Shown one piece after another: positions 12,501 through 22,236 of a stretch of DNA of 64,000 nucleotides. Source of the DNA: an uncultured Nocardioides sp. Lineage in GTDB: Bacteria > Actinomycetota > Actinomycetes > Propionibacteriales > Nocardioidaceae. A program made the translations under genes and the position numbers. The stretch covers positions 13,814-77,813 of the forward strand of contig CAZKEZ010000001.1 of NCBI GenBank assembly GCA_964551905.1, given 5' to 3'. Within the stretch, counting starts at the first letter, position 1; every line of letters begins with the position of its first letter. The notes below the pieces were generated by a model. It ran no database searches. It had not been told where the DNA came from and saw only the letters and a list, made by a program, of their open reading frames with translations.

Positions 12501-13196
12501 GGCCACCGCAAAACTGCGGATCTCCTCCACGTCGTCGCCCCACAGCTCCACCCGCAGCGGGTGCTCCTCGGTGGGTGGGAACACGTCGACGATGCCCCCA
12601 CGCACCGCGAACTCTCCCCGGCGCTCCACCAGGTCCACCCGCGAGTACGCCGCGGCGGCGAGGCCGGCCACGAGCTCCTCGAGAGGCGCCGACGCTCCCA
12701 CGGTGAGCTCCACCGGCTTCAGGTCCCCGAGTCCGCGCACCTGCGGCTGGAGCAGGGAGCGCACGGGTGCGACGACCACCCGGAGCGGTCCGGTCGCGCG
12801 GTCGTCACCGGGGTGGCGCAGCCGGCGCAGGACGGCGAGCCGGCGGCCGACGGTGTCACTGCGCGGGCTCAACCGCTCGTGCGGCAGCGTCTCCCAACTC
12901 GGGTAGTACGCCACCAGGGCCGGGTCGAGCAGGTCGGTGAGGTCCGCGACCAGGTCCTCAGCCTCCCGAGCGGTGGCGGTGACCGCCAGCACGGTGCGCC
13001 CGGCGTCCACCAGCCCCCGCACGACGAAGGGGCGCAGCGCGGCGGGGCCGGCCAGGTCGAGCGCGGGGACGCGGACGTCCTCCAGAGCGTCGGCGAGCAG
13101 GGGCTGGGACAGCACCAGCCGCGCCAGGCCGTCCAGGGCGGGGGCGACGGTTCCGAGGGCAGCCAAGGGGGCCTTTCGACGGGCGGCGGACAGCAC
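9582..13196 (-). CDS. mfd: Transcription-repair coupling factor
   Basis: GEFAVRGG, VVHEQHGVGRF (RID), GDVGYGKTE, VDEEQRFG, QLRGRVGR, DLEIRGAGNLLG; exact start uncertain. Confidence 0.98.
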   Translation of the reverse strand: MLSAARRKAPLAALGTVAPALDGLARLVLSQPLLADALEDVRVPALDLAGPAALRPFVVRGLVDAGRTVLAVTATAREAEDLVADLTDLLDPALVAYYPSWETLPHERLSPRSDTVGRRLAVLRRLRHPGDDRATGPLRVVVAPVRSLLQPQVRGLGDLKPVELTVGASAPLEELVAGLAAAAYSRVDLVERRGEFAVRGGIVDVFPPTEEHPLRVELWGDDVEEIRSFAVADQRTLEHVDRLWAPPCRELLLTDDVRRRAAELGRSHPQLVELTDRIAAGIAVEGMESLAPVLVDDMELLVDVLPAEAQVVLLDPERVRTRAHDLVATSEEFLGASWAAAAGGGTAPIDLGAASYRTLSDVRTHALDLGLPWWSVSPFGIDHEGVPGIEATDEGPPTRILPARPGHHYRGDLERAVVDTRGWLADGFRVVVVQPGPGLAERTVEVLAEHDVPARLHDGAPIDDDGVVVVMTGLLQHGFVDDTLSLALVTGDDLTGQAGGSTRDMRAMPARRKRQIDPLELSPGDYVVHEQHGVGRFVEMRQREVAGATREYLVLEYGASRRGGPPDRLYVPADALDQVTRYVGGEQPSLDRLGGSDWARRKGRARRAVREIAAELIKLYAARQATQGYAFGPDTPWQRELEDAFPFVETPDQLTTVDEVKADMRRTVPMDRLVCGDVGYGKTEIAVRAAFKAVQDGKQVAVLVPTTLLVQQHLSTFSERMNAFPVELRALSRFQTDAEAAAVVAGLADGSVDVVIGTHRLLNPDIRLKNLGLIVVDEEQRFGVEHKEQMKRLRTSVDVLSMSATPIPRTLEMAITGIREMSTITTPPEERHPVLTYVGAYEDRQVVAAIRRELLRDGQVFYIHNRVNSIEKAAARIRELVPEARVGVGHGQMGEHQLEQVMLDFWEKRFDVLVCTTIVESGLDVSNANTMVIERADLLGLSQLHQLRGRVGRSRERAYAYFLYPGEKPLTETAHERLATLAQHSDLGGGMAIAMKDLEIRGAGNLLGAEQSGHIADVGFDLYVRLVGEAVQEFKGDSDAADLGEVRIELPVDAHLPHDYIPSERLRLEMYKRLAEVRTDEDVDQLRDELEDRYGTPPEEVASLLLVARFRGRARRAGVAEVTIAGKFVRFAPVELPESRVVRLQRMFPKSVVKAAVGSVLVPRPQTAVIGGRPLDGVALLEWARTVIDAVIDPPQPQDQKEQS

Positions 13197-13264
13197 GACA
13201 GCCCCCTGTCGGGACGACCCGGGGGCCGGACAGGGGGTTCGCGGTTCAGTCTACGCGGGGGCGC

Positions 13265-13426
13265 TCACCCGACGAGGTTGAGCCGACCGGGGATCCCGGG
13301 GACCCACTGGGGTCGGCACTGGCACTCGTCGGAGCAGGGCAGAAAGGTGTGCATGGCGTGGCCGCACTCCAGGCAGGGCAGGTCGTGCGACAGGTGGCCG
13401 CGGCACTCCTGGGCCTCGTCCCACAT
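13265..13426 (-). CDS. 53-aa Cys/His-rich putative metal-binding protein (absent from ORF track)
   Basis: AAGGAGGT 7 nt before ATG; MWDEAQECRGHLSHDLPCLECGHAMHTFLPCSDECQCRPQWVPGIPGRLNLVG; GC3-rich codons. Confidence 0.72.
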   Translation of the reverse strand: MWDEAQECRGHLSHDLPCLECGHAMHTFLPCSDECQCRPQWVPGIPGRLNLVG

Positions 13427-13637
13427 CCGCTCCACCTCCTTCGTCGGGCCTTGCTCCCACTCGATCCGTCACCGGGGGGACGCTGGGGAGCGGCCCCTAT
13501 GACGCGATCGTGGTCGATGGGATGGAGGAGCGGGCGCGAGTTCGCTGGATACGGACCTGACGTACCACGTCGGGTGACCCGATCGGGTCAGGCTCGCTAG
13601 TCAGCCGGCGTCCCGCTGGGCTGACCCGGTGGCTCGA

Positions 13638-14402
13638 CTAGCCGGTTCCGTGCCGCCGGACGAACTCGAGGATCGGATCGGCCAGCTCGGGACGGCACAC
13701 GATCAGGTCCGGCAGGCTCACGTTCTCCTGGTTGTACACGAGGTCGCTGCCGTCGACCCGCGAGCAGAAGAGTCCCGCAGCGCGGGCGACCGCCACCGGC
13801 GCGGCGTTGTCCCACTCGTACTGACCTCCGGCGTGCACGTAGGCGTCGGTCAGGTCCCGGACCACCGAGATCACCTTGACCCCGGCCGACCCCATCGGCA
13901 CCAGCTCGGCGCCCAGCTCGACGGCCAGCGCCTCGACGAACGCCGGAGGCCGGGTTCGCGACACCGCGATCCGGGGCCGGGAGGCGGTGGGCGGTGGGAC
14001 CACAGGAGGGGTGGCCGTGCTGAACGTCTCGCCGAGAGCCGGCTGGGCCACCGCGCCTGCGACGAGCGCGCCGCGCTCCCACAGGGCGACGTGCACGGCC
14101 CAGTCCTGCCGCGGGATCTCGGAGAACTCACGCGTCCCGTCGAGCGGGTCGACGATCCACACCCGCTCGGCAGACAGGCGAGCGGGGTCGTCCTTGCCCT
14201 CCTCCGACAACACCACGTCGTCGGGTCGGTGCTCGGCCAGCAACGCGACGAGCAGCCGGTGCGCGGCCAGGTCGCCGGCGTCCTTCAGCTCACGGCCCGT
14301 CAGTCCCTCCCCGCGCACCTCGAGCAGGCGTTCGCCGGCAGTGGTCGCCAGCCAGGCGGCCAGCCGGTGGTCGTCGAGGGCAGCGGGATCGGCGGTGGTC
14401 AC
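13638..14402 (-). CDS. cysQ: 3'(2'),5'-bisphosphate nucleotidase (PAP phosphatase)
   Basis: LSEEG, WIVDPLDGTREF, MGSAG-K, QYEWDNAAP. Confidence 0.92.
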   Translation of the reverse strand: MTTADPAALDDHRLAAWLATTAGERLLEVRGEGLTGRELKDAGDLAAHRLLVALLAEHRPDDVVLSEEGKDDPARLSAERVWIVDPLDGTREFSEIPRQDWAVHVALWERGALVAGAVAQPALGETFSTATPPVVPPPTASRPRIAVSRTRPPAFVEALAVELGAELVPMGSAGVKVISVVRDLTDAYVHAGGQYEWDNAAPVAVARAAGLFCSRVDGSDLVYNQENVSLPDLIVCRPELADPILEFVRRHGTG

Positions 14403-14602
14403 CAGCCGATTCTGACAGGTGCGCCGAAGCCGCTGTCGGGCCGTCCGCAACCCCCCGAAGTGACTACTGTCCAATGGCCTAGCCCACTGCGAAATTTGGC
14501 ACCCTGCGGGTAGTCGCAGTGATCCTCGGGAAGTAAGGTCTCTGTGTTGGCCATGGGGGCCACGTGGACGTTTCTGTCCGTGGCAGATGGGGGCTCGGTT
14601 TC

Positions 14603-17600
14603 ATGCAGCTAGCTCGGCGAACCTTGAAGAAGGTCGCGCTCGTCCTCACGGCGGCGGCGCTCCCGGCTGTAGGCATCGCGGTGGTGACGAGCCCACCGGC
14701 GGCAGCAGCCCCCGCGAACCTCTCCTACGTGACCCAGGCGACCACCGCCGGAGCGCGGTCCAACCACCGGGTCGTGGTGCCCAACACCGTGCAGGCCGGC
14801 GATGCGTTGGTGCTGTTCCTGACCACGAACTCCTCGACTGCCACCCTCAACAACCCGGCCGGCTGGACCCTGCTCCAGTCGCGTGACGGCACCGGCATCC
14901 GCGGCCGGGCGTGGACCAAGACCGCCACGTCGGCCGACCGTGGAGCCAGGATCACCGTCACGAGCAGCAAGGCGGTGAAGTCGGTCATGAGTGTCGCGGC
15001 CTACCGCAGCTCCGGCGGTGTCGCCCAGGTGACCGCCGCCGCGATCGGCGGCTCCAACTCCCCCGTCGCCAGCCACACCACGCCGACCGTCGCCGTGGCG
15101 CAGGCCAACTCCTGGCTGGTCAACGTCTGGAGCGAGAAGTCGGCGCCCGCCAAGACGTGGACGTTGCCCGGCAACGTCACGCAGCGAGCGACCGGGGCGG
15201 CCACGGGCTCGGGGAAGATCAGTGCGGTGCTGGGCGACTCCAACGCGGTCGTCGCCACCGGGACCGCGCCGGGTCGCACCGCGACCACGAACGGGAACGC
15301 CAGCCGCACGGTGCTCTACTCCGTCGCCGTCAGCCCAGGCGAGGACGGCGGCACCCCGCCCAACGCGGCACCCACGGCGAGCTTCACCTCGAGCTGCCCC
15401 ACCCTGGCCTGTGCGTTCGACGCCTCCGCCTCCAGCGACCCCGACGGCGACGCGCTGACGTACAGCTGGAATTTCGGTGACACCGAGACCGGCACCGGCG
15501 TCTCGCCCAACCACACCTACGCCTCCGCTGGCCCCCGCACGGTCACGCTGACCGTCAGCGACGGGGAGCTGAGCAACCAGACCACCCGACAGGTCACCCC
15601 CACCGCACCGGTCGGCGGGCCGGGTCACACCGCGATCGTCCCTGAGATCGTGTCGACCAACATGCCGCGGATCACCTCCGGGGAGATCTGGGACCTGGAG
15701 TACATCGGCAACCGCGTCTACGTGGCCGGTGGCTTCACGACGATCCGCAACAACGCCAGCGGCAACACCACCAGCTACAACCAGCGCTACCTCGCGGCGT
15801 TCAACCTCACGACGGGTCTGGTCGACGCCAACTTCCGTCCCACGTTCGACCGCGGCGTCAACGACATCGAGGCCAGCCCCGACGGCACCAAGCTGTTCGT
15901 GGCCGGCAGCTTCAACAACGTCAACGGCGTGGCGAAGCGCAAGTTCGCCTCGATCAACCCGACCACGGGTGCCACCGTCACCGGCTGGACCGCCACCGGC
16001 GACGCCGTCGGCACGGAGCTCGAGGCCACCAACACCACGGTGTACCTGGGTGGCAAGTTCACGCGCATCAACGGCGCGTTCCACCGCGGCCTGGCCGCGG
16101 TGGACGCCACCACCGGCGCCCTGATCGGACGCACCGGCGGCAACCCGGCCGGCACCTGGAACAACGACATCACCGGCGGGATCGGGCCCGACGGTGCGCT
16201 CAACGTGCAGGAGCTGAAGCTCAGCCCCGACCTCTCCACGCTGATGGTGGTTCACACCGGCCGACAGATCGCCGGTCAGGACCGCTACGGCGTGGGTCTG
16301 ATCAACACCGCTACCGGCCAGCTGCGGCCGTGGCGCACCCGGCTGTGGGAGGACAACCTTCAGTACGTCGGCGGCATCCAGCGCGCCTACGCTGGCGACA
16401 TCTCGCCCGACGGTGAGTTCCTCGTGGTGTCCAGCGGGTCCGGCGGCGACCGGCCGCCGATCAACGACACCGCGGTCGCGCTCCCCCTCGCCGGGAACGA
16501 CTTCGTGGAGCCGCTGTGGATCTCCCGGGCGTTCGACAGCGTCTACTCCGTGGCGATCTCCGAGCGCGGCGTGTACCTCGGCGGGCACTTCTCCTGGATG
16601 GAGTCCCCCACCGCGCGCGACCCGTGGCCCGGTCTCGACAACCAGGGCTACGGCACCGGGCAGGGCCTGTCTGGCTACGGGCTGGGCGACGACGTGGTCC
16701 GCCGGGACCACATCGGCGTGGTGAGCCCGTCGGACGGCAAGGCGCTCGAGTGGAGCCCGATGTCAAACTCCTTCGAGGGCAACAAGGCGATGCTCGTCCA
16801 CCCGCGCGGGGTGATCACCGGCGGTGACGCCACCACGCAGGGCGGCCAGAACGTCGGCCGGGTCGCGGTGTACCAGTTCTCCAGCGAGCCGGTGTCGGGT
16901 GCCAACGAGACCACGATCACCAACCCGATCGAGGGTCGCGTGGAGGAGGGTGGCGTCGAGTTCGTCATCGACGGCACCGCCCGCGCCACCAGCGGCGTCC
17001 AGCGGGTCCAGCTCGAGCTGCAGGACCGCAGCACCGGGCAGTACCTCCAGGACAACCTGACCAGCTGGGGTGCGGCGAACACGATCAACGTCAACCTGGC
17101 CAACCCGGGCGCGACCGAAACCAACTGGTCGCTGCCGTTGACCATCGCCGAGAACCGCGTGCTGAAGGTGTGGGCTCGCACCTACGCGACCAACGGCACC
17201 AACGACGCCTCGAAGGCGACCAAGAAGTTCGAGACCTTCAGCGTCACGGACGCGGCGCCGCGGGTGTCGATCACCGGCCCGTCCGGGATCGTCCCGTCGA
17301 CCACGTTCACGGTCACCGGGACGGCCACCGACGACGTCGGGGTCCGCTCGATCAGCTATGTGATCAAGAGTGGTCCGGCCCTGTTCCTCCAGGACAACGG
17401 GACCGTGGCGACGCAGTACAACTCCTTCACCATCCAGCCGGACGTGGTCGACGCCACCAACACCACCTGGTCGACCGAGGTGACCGTGCCCTACGAGGGC
17501 GAGTGGCGGATCGCGGTCACTCCGCGGGACACGTCGGGGCAGTCCTCGCTCGATGAGTTCACCCGCGACTGGATCGTGAGCTCGACAGGCATCGCCCCGT

Positions 17601-19216
17601 CGGTGACGATCACCGCACCGGCGGCGATGACACCGCCGACCGCCGTACCGGCCGTCCCGGTCACCCCGGGCCAGCCGCTCACCTTCGCGGGCACGGCGAC
17701 CGACGACGAGAACCTCAACCTGGTCGAGATCCAGCTCCGCAACACCACGACCCGCGAGACGCTCGCCTCCGACGGGTCCTGGGGTGTGGGCCTGAACCAG
17801 GGGTGGTACCGCATCTCGCCGGTGAACCTGCCGGGCGACAGCTACAACTGGTCGTGGACGACGCCGTTCAACCTCACGCCGGGCAGCTACTCGTTCTCGG
17901 TCCGCGCCATGGATGACCTCACCCTGACGACGTCGTCGAGCAACCAGGGCCGGTTGACGCTGGCCGCCCAGATCCCCGGTGACAACCCACCGGACGGGCT
18001 GCTCGACGTCACCGGCACGCAGACCGGCGGTCAGAGCCTGGACCTGAACCTCACCGGGACGGCGTCCGACGACCTGGGCGTCGCGGAGGTGCGGCTCACG
18101 CTGCGCGACAACGACACCAACCGCTACCTCCAGCCCAACGGCACGATGTCTGCGGCGTACGCCGAGATCACCACGACCCTGGCGGCGCCCAACGCCACCA
18201 GCACCACCTGGTCGCGGGCGATCACCCTCCCGACCGAGGGTGACTGGTCGGTGACCGCGCTGGCCCGGGACACCGCCGGCCAGCAGGACACGTCGACCAG
18301 CGGGGCGACTGCTCGCTACATCCTCTACCCCGGTGACCAGCCGCCGACCTTCGTGGAGACGCTGCGGGTGCCCACGGGTGGGGAGACCTACACCGAGGGA
18401 CGGATCCCGGTCACCGGCCGGGTCGAGGACGACCGGCAGATCGCGGCGGTGCAGGTGGCCATCCGCAACAGCGCCGGGCAGTACATGAACAGCTCGGGTG
18501 CGTTCACCAGCACCAACGAGAGCTGGCGGACCGCGTTCCTCAACTCGCCCGGCTCGCCCGGCTCGAACTACTCCTACACCACACCGGTGGTACCGCCCGG
18601 TGAGTACACCGTGCGAGTGCGAGGCGTGGACCACCACGACTTCGTCACCAACCCGTCGCTGGACGCGCAGGTGACGGTCACGCACCCGCCGAACAACCCG
18701 CCGGTGGCGAACTTCACGGTCAGCTGCAACGAGAACATCTGTGCCTTCGACGCCCGGGGCTCGACCGATGAGAACCCGACCGCGCTGACCTACTCGTGGA
18801 ACTACGGCAACGGAACGGGGAGCGGCGCGTTCGTGAGCCGCACCTACACCAGCGCCAACACCTACACGGTGACGCTGACCGTGCGCGACGAGTACAACGC
18901 CACGGCCACCGCCACCCAGACGGTCACGATCACCGAGCCGCCGGGCAACCGGGCACCGACGGCCGTCATCGCGGCGCCGGCCGGTCCCGCGGCGACCTGT
19001 GCCCTGGTCTGCAGCTTCAGCAGCACCGGGACCGGCGACCCGGACGTCGGTGACACGATCACCCGCCTCTGGGAGTTCGGGGATGGTGGCACGAGCACCT
19101 CCTCGTCACCGACGAGGACGTACGCCGCAGCCGGGGTCTACACCGTGACGCTCACCGTGACCGACGGGTGGGGCAACTCCAGCATCGCCACGCGGCAGGT
19201 GACGGTCGGACCGTGA
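14603..19216 (+). CDS. Large secreted protein: N-terminal beta domain, PKD, beta-propeller, five Ig-like repeats, two PKD
   Basis: Signal peptide; PKD motifs YSWNFGD, YSWNYGNG, WEFGDG; five GTAxDD-like repeats at ~16905-18680. Confidence 0.85.
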   Translation: MQLARRTLKKVALVLTAAALPAVGIAVVTSPPAAAAPANLSYVTQATTAGARSNHRVVVPNTVQAGDALVLFLTTNSSTATLNNPAGWTLLQSRDGTGIRGRAWTKTATSADRGARITVTSSKAVKSVMSVAAYRSSGGVAQVTAAAIGGSNSPVASHTTPTVAVAQANSWLVNVWSEKSAPAKTWTLPGNVTQRATGAATGSGKISAVLGDSNAVVATGTAPGRTATTNGNASRTVLYSVAVSPGEDGGTPPNAAPTASFTSSCPTLACAFDASASSDPDGDALTYSWNFGDTETGTGVSPNHTYASAGPRTVTLTVSDGELSNQTTRQVTPTAPVGGPGHTAIVPEIVSTNMPRITSGEIWDLEYIGNRVYVAGGFTTIRNNASGNTTSYNQRYLAAFNLTTGLVDANFRPTFDRGVNDIEASPDGTKLFVAGSFNNVNGVAKRKFASINPTTGATVTGWTATGDAVGTELEATNTTVYLGGKFTRINGAFHRGLAAVDATTGALIGRTGGNPAGTWNNDITGGIGPDGALNVQELKLSPDLSTLMVVHTGRQIAGQDRYGVGLINTATGQLRPWRTRLWEDNLQYVGGIQRAYAGDISPDGEFLVVSSGSGGDRPPINDTAVALPLAGNDFVEPLWISRAFDSVYSVAISERGVYLGGHFSWMESPTARDPWPGLDNQGYGTGQGLSGYGLGDDVVRRDHIGVVSPSDGKALEWSPMSNSFEGNKAMLVHPRGVITGGDATTQGGQNVGRVAVYQFSSEPVSGANETTITNPIEGRVEEGGVEFVIDGTARATSGVQRVQLELQDRSTGQYLQDNLTSWGAANTINVNLANPGATETNWSLPLTIAENRVLKVWARTYATNGTNDASKATKKFETFSVTDAAPRVSITGPSGIVPSTTFTVTGTATDDVGVRSISYVIKSGPALFLQDNGTVATQYNSFTIQPDVVDATNTTWSTEVTVPYEGEWRIAVTPRDTSGQSSLDEFTRDWIVSSTGIAPSVTITAPAAMTPPTAVPAVPVTPGQPLTFAGTATDDENLNLVEIQLRNTTTRETLASDGSWGVGLNQGWYRISPVNLPGDSYNWSWTTPFNLTPGSYSFSVRAMDDLTLTTSSSNQGRLTLAAQIPGDNPPDGLLDVTGTQTGGQSLDLNLTGTASDDLGVAEVRLTLRDNDTNRYLQPNGTMSAAYAEITTTLAAPNATSTTWSRAITLPTEGDWSVTALARDTAGQQDTSTSGATARYILYPGDQPPTFVETLRVPTGGETYTEGRIPVTGRVEDDRQIAAVQVAIRNSAGQYMNSSGAFTSTNESWRTAFLNSPGSPGSNYSYTTPVVPPGEYTVRVRGVDHHDFVTNPSLDAQVTVTHPPNNPPVANFTVSCNENICAFDARGSTDENPTALTYSWNYGNGTGSGAFVSRTYTSANTYTVTLTVRDEYNATATATQTVTITEPPGNRAPTAVIAAPAGPAATCALVCSFSSTGTGDPDVGDTITRLWEFGDGGTSTSSSPTRTYAAAGVYTVTLTVTDGWGNSSIATRQVTVGP

Positions 19217-20172
19217 ACGTGGTCCGGACCGAGGAGCGGGAACCTGCTCCCCGGTCCGGGCCCACCACGGACGCGTGCGAGAGTGGGCCGATGGACCGCG
19301 AGCGCCGACCGATCCTGGTGACCGGGGTGCCCCGGTCGGGCACCACCTGGCTGGCCCGGCTGCTGGCCACCGCGCCCGGCACGGCACTGACGGGGCGGGA
19401 GCCGATGAACCCGCGCGGGCGGCAGTATGCCCTGGCCGGCACGCTGACCGGGTGGACCCGGCTGACCGACCCGTCGCCGCGGCAGCGTCGGGCCCTGCGG
19501 GCGGCCTACCGGGGCTGGAACCCACGCACGTTCGGCCGCTTCGGGCGGCACCAGTGGCGGGCACCCCTGCCCGGCACCCGGGTCGTGGTCAAGGACCCGT
19601 TCGCGATGCTCTCGGCGCCGGTCGTGGTCGACCTGACCGGGGCCCGGGTGGTGCAGGTCTTCCGCCACCCGGGGGCGGTGCTCGCTAGCTACCGCCGGAT
19701 GGGGTGGCGCGCTGACCTGTCGGAGCTGGCGACCCTGATCGACACCACGGACGTCGAGCTGGACGAGCCCGTGCGCTCGCTGTGGCGGTCCGGCCCCCAG
19801 TCGCTGAGCGATGCGGAGGCGATGGGCGTCTTCTGGACCGTGCTCAACGGCCTGGTCCTGGCCGACCTGGACCGCGCCCCCGGCACCGTGGTGGTGTCCC
19901 ACCACGAGCTGGCGGCGGGCGGCGAGCCGGCGGCCGGGGCCCTGTTCGAGGCGCTGGGACTACGACCCAGCGCCGAGACCCGCGCGGAGATGCGCGGCCA
20001 CTCACGTCAGGCCGCCGGGTCCGACGCCGCGCTGCACCGACTCGACCGGGATCCGGCCGAGGTGGCTGCCTCCTGGCGCCGGACGGTGGACGCCGCCGAG
20101 GTGCAGCGGCTCGAGGACATCGCGGGCCCGGTGCTGGCCCGGCTCAGCGCCGCGCGACTGCCCCTGGGGTGA
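19213..20172 (+). CDS. Sulfotransferase
   Basis: 5'-PSB GVPRSGTTWL, 3'-PB FRHPGAVLAS; GTGA overlap with upstream stop (alternative ATG 19291). Confidence 0.85.
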   Translation: MNVVRTEEREPAPRSGPTTDACESGPMDRERRPILVTGVPRSGTTWLARLLATAPGTALTGREPMNPRGRQYALAGTLTGWTRLTDPSPRQRRALRAAYRGWNPRTFGRFGRHQWRAPLPGTRVVVKDPFAMLSAPVVVDLTGARVVQVFRHPGAVLASYRRMGWRADLSELATLIDTTDVELDEPVRSLWRSGPQSLSDAEAMGVFWTVLNGLVLADLDRAPGTVVVSHHELAAGGEPAAGALFEALGLRPSAETRAEMRGHSRQAAGSDAALHRLDRDPAEVAASWRRTVDAAEVQRLEDIAGPVLARLSAARLPLG

Positions 20173-20174
20173 GG

Positions 20175-21131
20175 TCACCCGACCTCGTCGAACCGGACCA
20201 CCTCGTCCCGCTCGAGCAGCGCCCGGAACTCCTCACGTCCGGCATCGTCGAGCCGGCGGTCGCGACCCTCCTCGGTCTCGGCGTCGAACCACGCCAGCCC
20301 CACGACGTCCTCACGGACCGCAGTGTCGAAGGCCCCGCGCAGCCAGAGGGCCGCGCGCAGGGGGTCGAACGGGTCGGCCGTAGCCGCCGTCTCGGGGACG
20401 ATCAGGGGCCGATCAGGGACCACTCGGCGGATGGCACCGATCAGGTCGGCGAACTCGACCCACTGCTCCGGGCCGTCGGGACGCCAGGGGTTGTACACGT
20501 CGACCCCGATCAGCGGTGCGTCCGGCACGATCCACTCCTGGGGCTTACGTCGAGAACGGTGCTGGAAGCTCCAGCTCATGAGCACCGGCACCAGCGTCAC
20601 CCGTGCGACCTCTTGGCTGCGGGCCAGCGCCCGCTGCTGCATCCGCAGCCAGTCGTCCCGGGCGAAGTCATTCGCGGTGACGTCGTTCTCCGGCTCATGG
20701 TGGAGCGCCAAGAACACCGGGGCGCCCAGCGAGTCGACCGCTTCGATCACCGTGTCCAGCCACGCGTCGGAGTGACCAGCCGCCGCCTCCGCCCAGGTGC
20801 CGGGCACCTTGAACGAGACGAACGGGACGATGCCGGACGCGACGTCGGTGCGGGTGAGGGCCAGCATGAGCTCGGTCTGGTGCGGGCGGTAGAAGCGCCG
20901 AACCATCGACATCGCCGTGCCGCCCAGGTCGGTGCGGGAAGCCGCGGGCTCGTCGATGGCCAGGCTGGCACCGAAGTACAGCCGTCCGGGGCCCGGGTCG
21001 CCGGGGAACCGTGCGGCCATCGGGGCCTCGCTGGGGCTCGGCGCCGCGGGTTCCCCGGTGCAGCCGGTCAGGCCCAGGGCCGAGAGCGTCCCGCCTCCCA
21101 CGGCGGCACGCAGCGTCGCGCGGCGCGTCAC
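20175..21131 (-). CDS. Tat lipoprotein, GH26-like (clan GH-A) glycoside hydrolase
   Basis: TRRATL twin-Arg and LTGC lipobox; HHEPE, GVDVYN, IVPET. Confidence 0.7.
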   Translation of the reverse strand: MTRRATLRAAVGGGTLSALGLTGCTGEPAAPSPSEAPMAARFPGDPGPGRLYFGASLAIDEPAASRTDLGGTAMSMVRRFYRPHQTELMLALTRTDVASGIVPFVSFKVPGTWAEAAAGHSDAWLDTVIEAVDSLGAPVFLALHHEPENDVTANDFARDDWLRMQQRALARSQEVARVTLVPVLMSWSFQHRSRRKPQEWIVPDAPLIGVDVYNPWRPDGPEQWVEFADLIGAIRRVVPDRPLIVPETAATADPFDPLRAALWLRGAFDTAVREDVVGLAWFDAETEEGRDRRLDDAGREEFRALLERDEVVRFDEVG

Positions 21132-21223
21132 CGCCCCCCGTGGGGGCAACCCCCGTCCGTCATGCATGCTGGGATTCTCCCATCGGGCACCAGGCCCGGT
21201 CTCGTCCGCTTGGAGGCGTGCTC

Positions 21224-22087
21224 ATGGGCCAGCGAGGACAGGGTGCCAGCCGCTGGTCGCGCTGGCTGTTCCTCGCCCTCGCCCTGATGCTCGTCGGAGC
21301 CGGATTGACCGCCTGCCAGAACGGCGTGACCCGCCGCCCACCTCCCGACGAGGACCCGCTGGAGCCGGTCCTGTCGGACTCGAGTCCGGTGCTCCTGATC
21401 GACTTCGAGGACGTGGCCGTCCGCGCCGGCGAGATCGTCGGTGTCCCGGCCGACGGCAGTGCCTCGGTGACCGTGGGGCTGGTGGCCGCGGGCAACGGGA
21501 GCCTGGTGCCGGTGCCCGACCCCGAGGGCGGGACCGCTGCCGGCTTCCCCGCCCACGAGGCCGTGGAGCAGGGAGACCTCGCCGCTCTCGCGGTCACCCC
21601 CTCCGGCTCCGACACCCTCTCACCCGGAGCCCGGGACTTCGCTTTCGGCTTGGACGTGCTGCCGGCGAGCGTGTCGCGAACCGACATCGACGACGGGGAC
21701 AACCTCATGCAGCGCGGGCTGTTCGGTGGGGCGGGGCAGTTCAAGCTGCAGATCGACGGCGGCCTGCCGTCCTGCCGCGTGGCCGGCGCGGACGGTGCGG
21801 TGCTGGTCGAGGCGACCGAGGCTGTGCCGCTCGACGAGTGGTACCGCCTGCGCTGCGAACGCATCGGGGATCGGGTGGACCTCTTCGTCGGCACCTTCGA
21901 CGACTCCGGCGACGTGGTCTGGGAGGCGTGGTCCGCCCGCGGGCCCACGGGCGAGATCCGAGTCGGCAAGCCTCCGGCCACGCTGTCGGTCGGCGCCAAG
22001 CTGAACGCGCGGCGGACCCTGGTGGTCGAGGCGCCGGACCAGTTCAGCGGCTCCCTGGATCGGGTCGTGCTGGTCATCGAGCACTGA
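21224..22087 (+). CDS. Lipoprotein with LamG/concanavalin-like domain
   Basis: Lipobox LTAC; NLMQRG, QFKLQI, WYRLRC-R, FSGSLD. Confidence 0.7.
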   Translation: MGQRGQGASRWSRWLFLALALMLVGAGLTACQNGVTRRPPPDEDPLEPVLSDSSPVLLIDFEDVAVRAGEIVGVPADGSASVTVGLVAAGNGSLVPVPDPEGGTAAGFPAHEAVEQGDLAALAVTPSGSDTLSPGARDFAFGLDVLPASVSRTDIDDGDNLMQRGLFGGAGQFKLQIDGGLPSCRVAGADGAVLVEATEAVPLDEWYRLRCERIGDRVDLFVGTFDDSGDVVWEAWSARGPTGEIRVGKPPATLSVGAKLNARRTLVVEAPDQFSGSLDRVVLVIEH

Positions 22088-22236
22088 CCGAGAGTCCCTC
22101 GTCCGCGCGTCGATCTTCCACGACGCCGACACGGTGTGGTGTGCTGTGCCGGTCCGGCCGTATCCCTTCCCCCGATCGAACTACCGGCCGCGTCCCCTTC
22201 CGGGACCCGGCTGGCCGTCCGATGAGGAGCCGCCCC

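Noticed and set aside
14609-18685. Long minus-strand ORFs (700 and 640 aa)
   Set aside because: Antisense to the PKD protein gene, no motifs
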